Positions 62,956 through 64,000 of a stretch of 64,000 nucleotides of DNA are shown piece by piece. The notes below the pieces were generated by a model, which did no database searches, was not told the DNA's origin, and saw only the letters and a program-made list of their open reading frames with translations. Source of the DNA: Octopus bimaculoides (Eukaryota); contig NC_068992.1 in NCBI RefSeq assembly GCF_001194135.2, positions 56,439,953 through 56,503,952 on the forward strand. The letters are read 5' to 3'. A program made the position numbers and the translations under genes. Positions within the stretch are counted from its first letter, which is position 1. Each line of letters opens with the position of its first letter.

Positions 62956-63204
62956 NNNNNNNNNNNNNNNNNNNNNNNNNNNNNNNNNNNNNNNNNNNNN
63001 NNNNNNNNNNNNNNNNNNNNNNNNNNNNNNNNNNNNNNNNNNNNNNNNNNNNNNNNNNNNNNNNNNNNNNNNNNNNNNNNNNNNNNNNNNNNNNNNNNNN
63101 NNNNNNNNNNNNNNNNNNNNNNNNNNNNNNNNNNNNNNNNNNNNNNNNNNNNNNNNNNNTATACACATACATATATATATTTATATATATATATATCTTT
63201 TAAA

Positions 63205-63425
63205 TTTTATTCGTGTCAGTCTTCAGACTGTGTCCATGCTGGGGCACACCGCCTTGGAGGATGTTTAGTCTAATGAATCTAACGCAATGCCTATTTTTCG
63301 TTAAGCGTGGTACTGATGCTATCGGTGCTTTTTGTCGAAGTGACGGGGATGTAAACATACAAACACCGGTTGCCAAGCAGAAGTCGGGAACAAAAACGGA
63401 TGCAAAGACAGAGACGCACACACAC
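63205..63425 (-). mobile_element. SINE-1, 3' half, decayed
   Basis: CCATGCTGGGGCA..CCGCCTT...GGGGATGTAAACA..CACCGGTTG.CAAGC. Confidence 0.75.
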
Positions 63426-63635
63426 ACATATATGCATTCATATATGCATAAACACACTTGTATATACACACAGGTTCATACGTACACACACATACACAGA
63501 CACATTCACACACACACTTATATACATGTACATGTGTACATACGTACGTACATACATACTTACATATGTACATATATGTGTATATATATATATATATANN
63601 NNNNNNNNTATATATATATATATATACGTATATAT

Positions 63636-63675
<40 letters not shown>

Positions 63676-63960
63676 ATATATGTCTGTGGGTCTGTGTGTG
63701 TCTGTGTGTGCGCGTGTGTCTATGCACTCACAGACGTATATGAATGCATATATCAACGTCTACATCAATGAATACTTACCTACATTACATTATAACATGT
63801 ATATGAAACTTACACAACATTATTAAAACTTCAAATCCAGTAACAGCACCGATAGCAGCAGAAGCTGCAGTAGTGACGGCAAAATCAGAAACAACATTTA
63901 CAACAACATATTCTCCCCAGATAAAGATAACGCCGAGGATGTTATTATCATTCCAGAGAG

Positions 63961-64000
<40 letters not shown>

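Overview
Eukaryotic, very AT-rich, repeat-dominated DNA with about 23 N-gaps (roughly 10 kb), nearly all flanked by microsatellites. The repeat repertoire looks like an octopod cephalopod (inference from the SINE and LINE families, not verified by search). There is no rRNA, true tRNA, CRISPR or prokaryotic system, and no host protein-coding gene can be called with confidence; the long ORFs in the track are gap or microsatellite artefacts. What can be supported: (i) many copies of three tRNA-headed SINE families, labelled SINE-1/2/3 here; (ii) decayed non-LTR retrotransposons, namely R4/Dong-clade RLE elements sitting in (TAA)n arrays, a Penelope-like RT, L1/Tx1-like ORF1 and ORF2 pieces, an RTE piece and a CR1/L2-group 3' end; (iii) Tc1/mariner-superfamily remnants and MITEs; (iv) dense simple repeats. 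The most interesting signals are: several minimal type-I hammerhead-ribozyme-like motifs of the Penelope-terminus type, sharing an extra A and in some copies a U4C change; a short palindromic element carrying hammerhead-like halves on both strands, present in two copies; repeated (TAA)n-targeted Dong insertions; a LINE 3' tail shared with SINE-1; and a locally templated insertion with 21-bp direct and 16-bp inverted junction repeats inside a SINE. A few splice-site-bounded open segments may be exons of a long-intron host gene.
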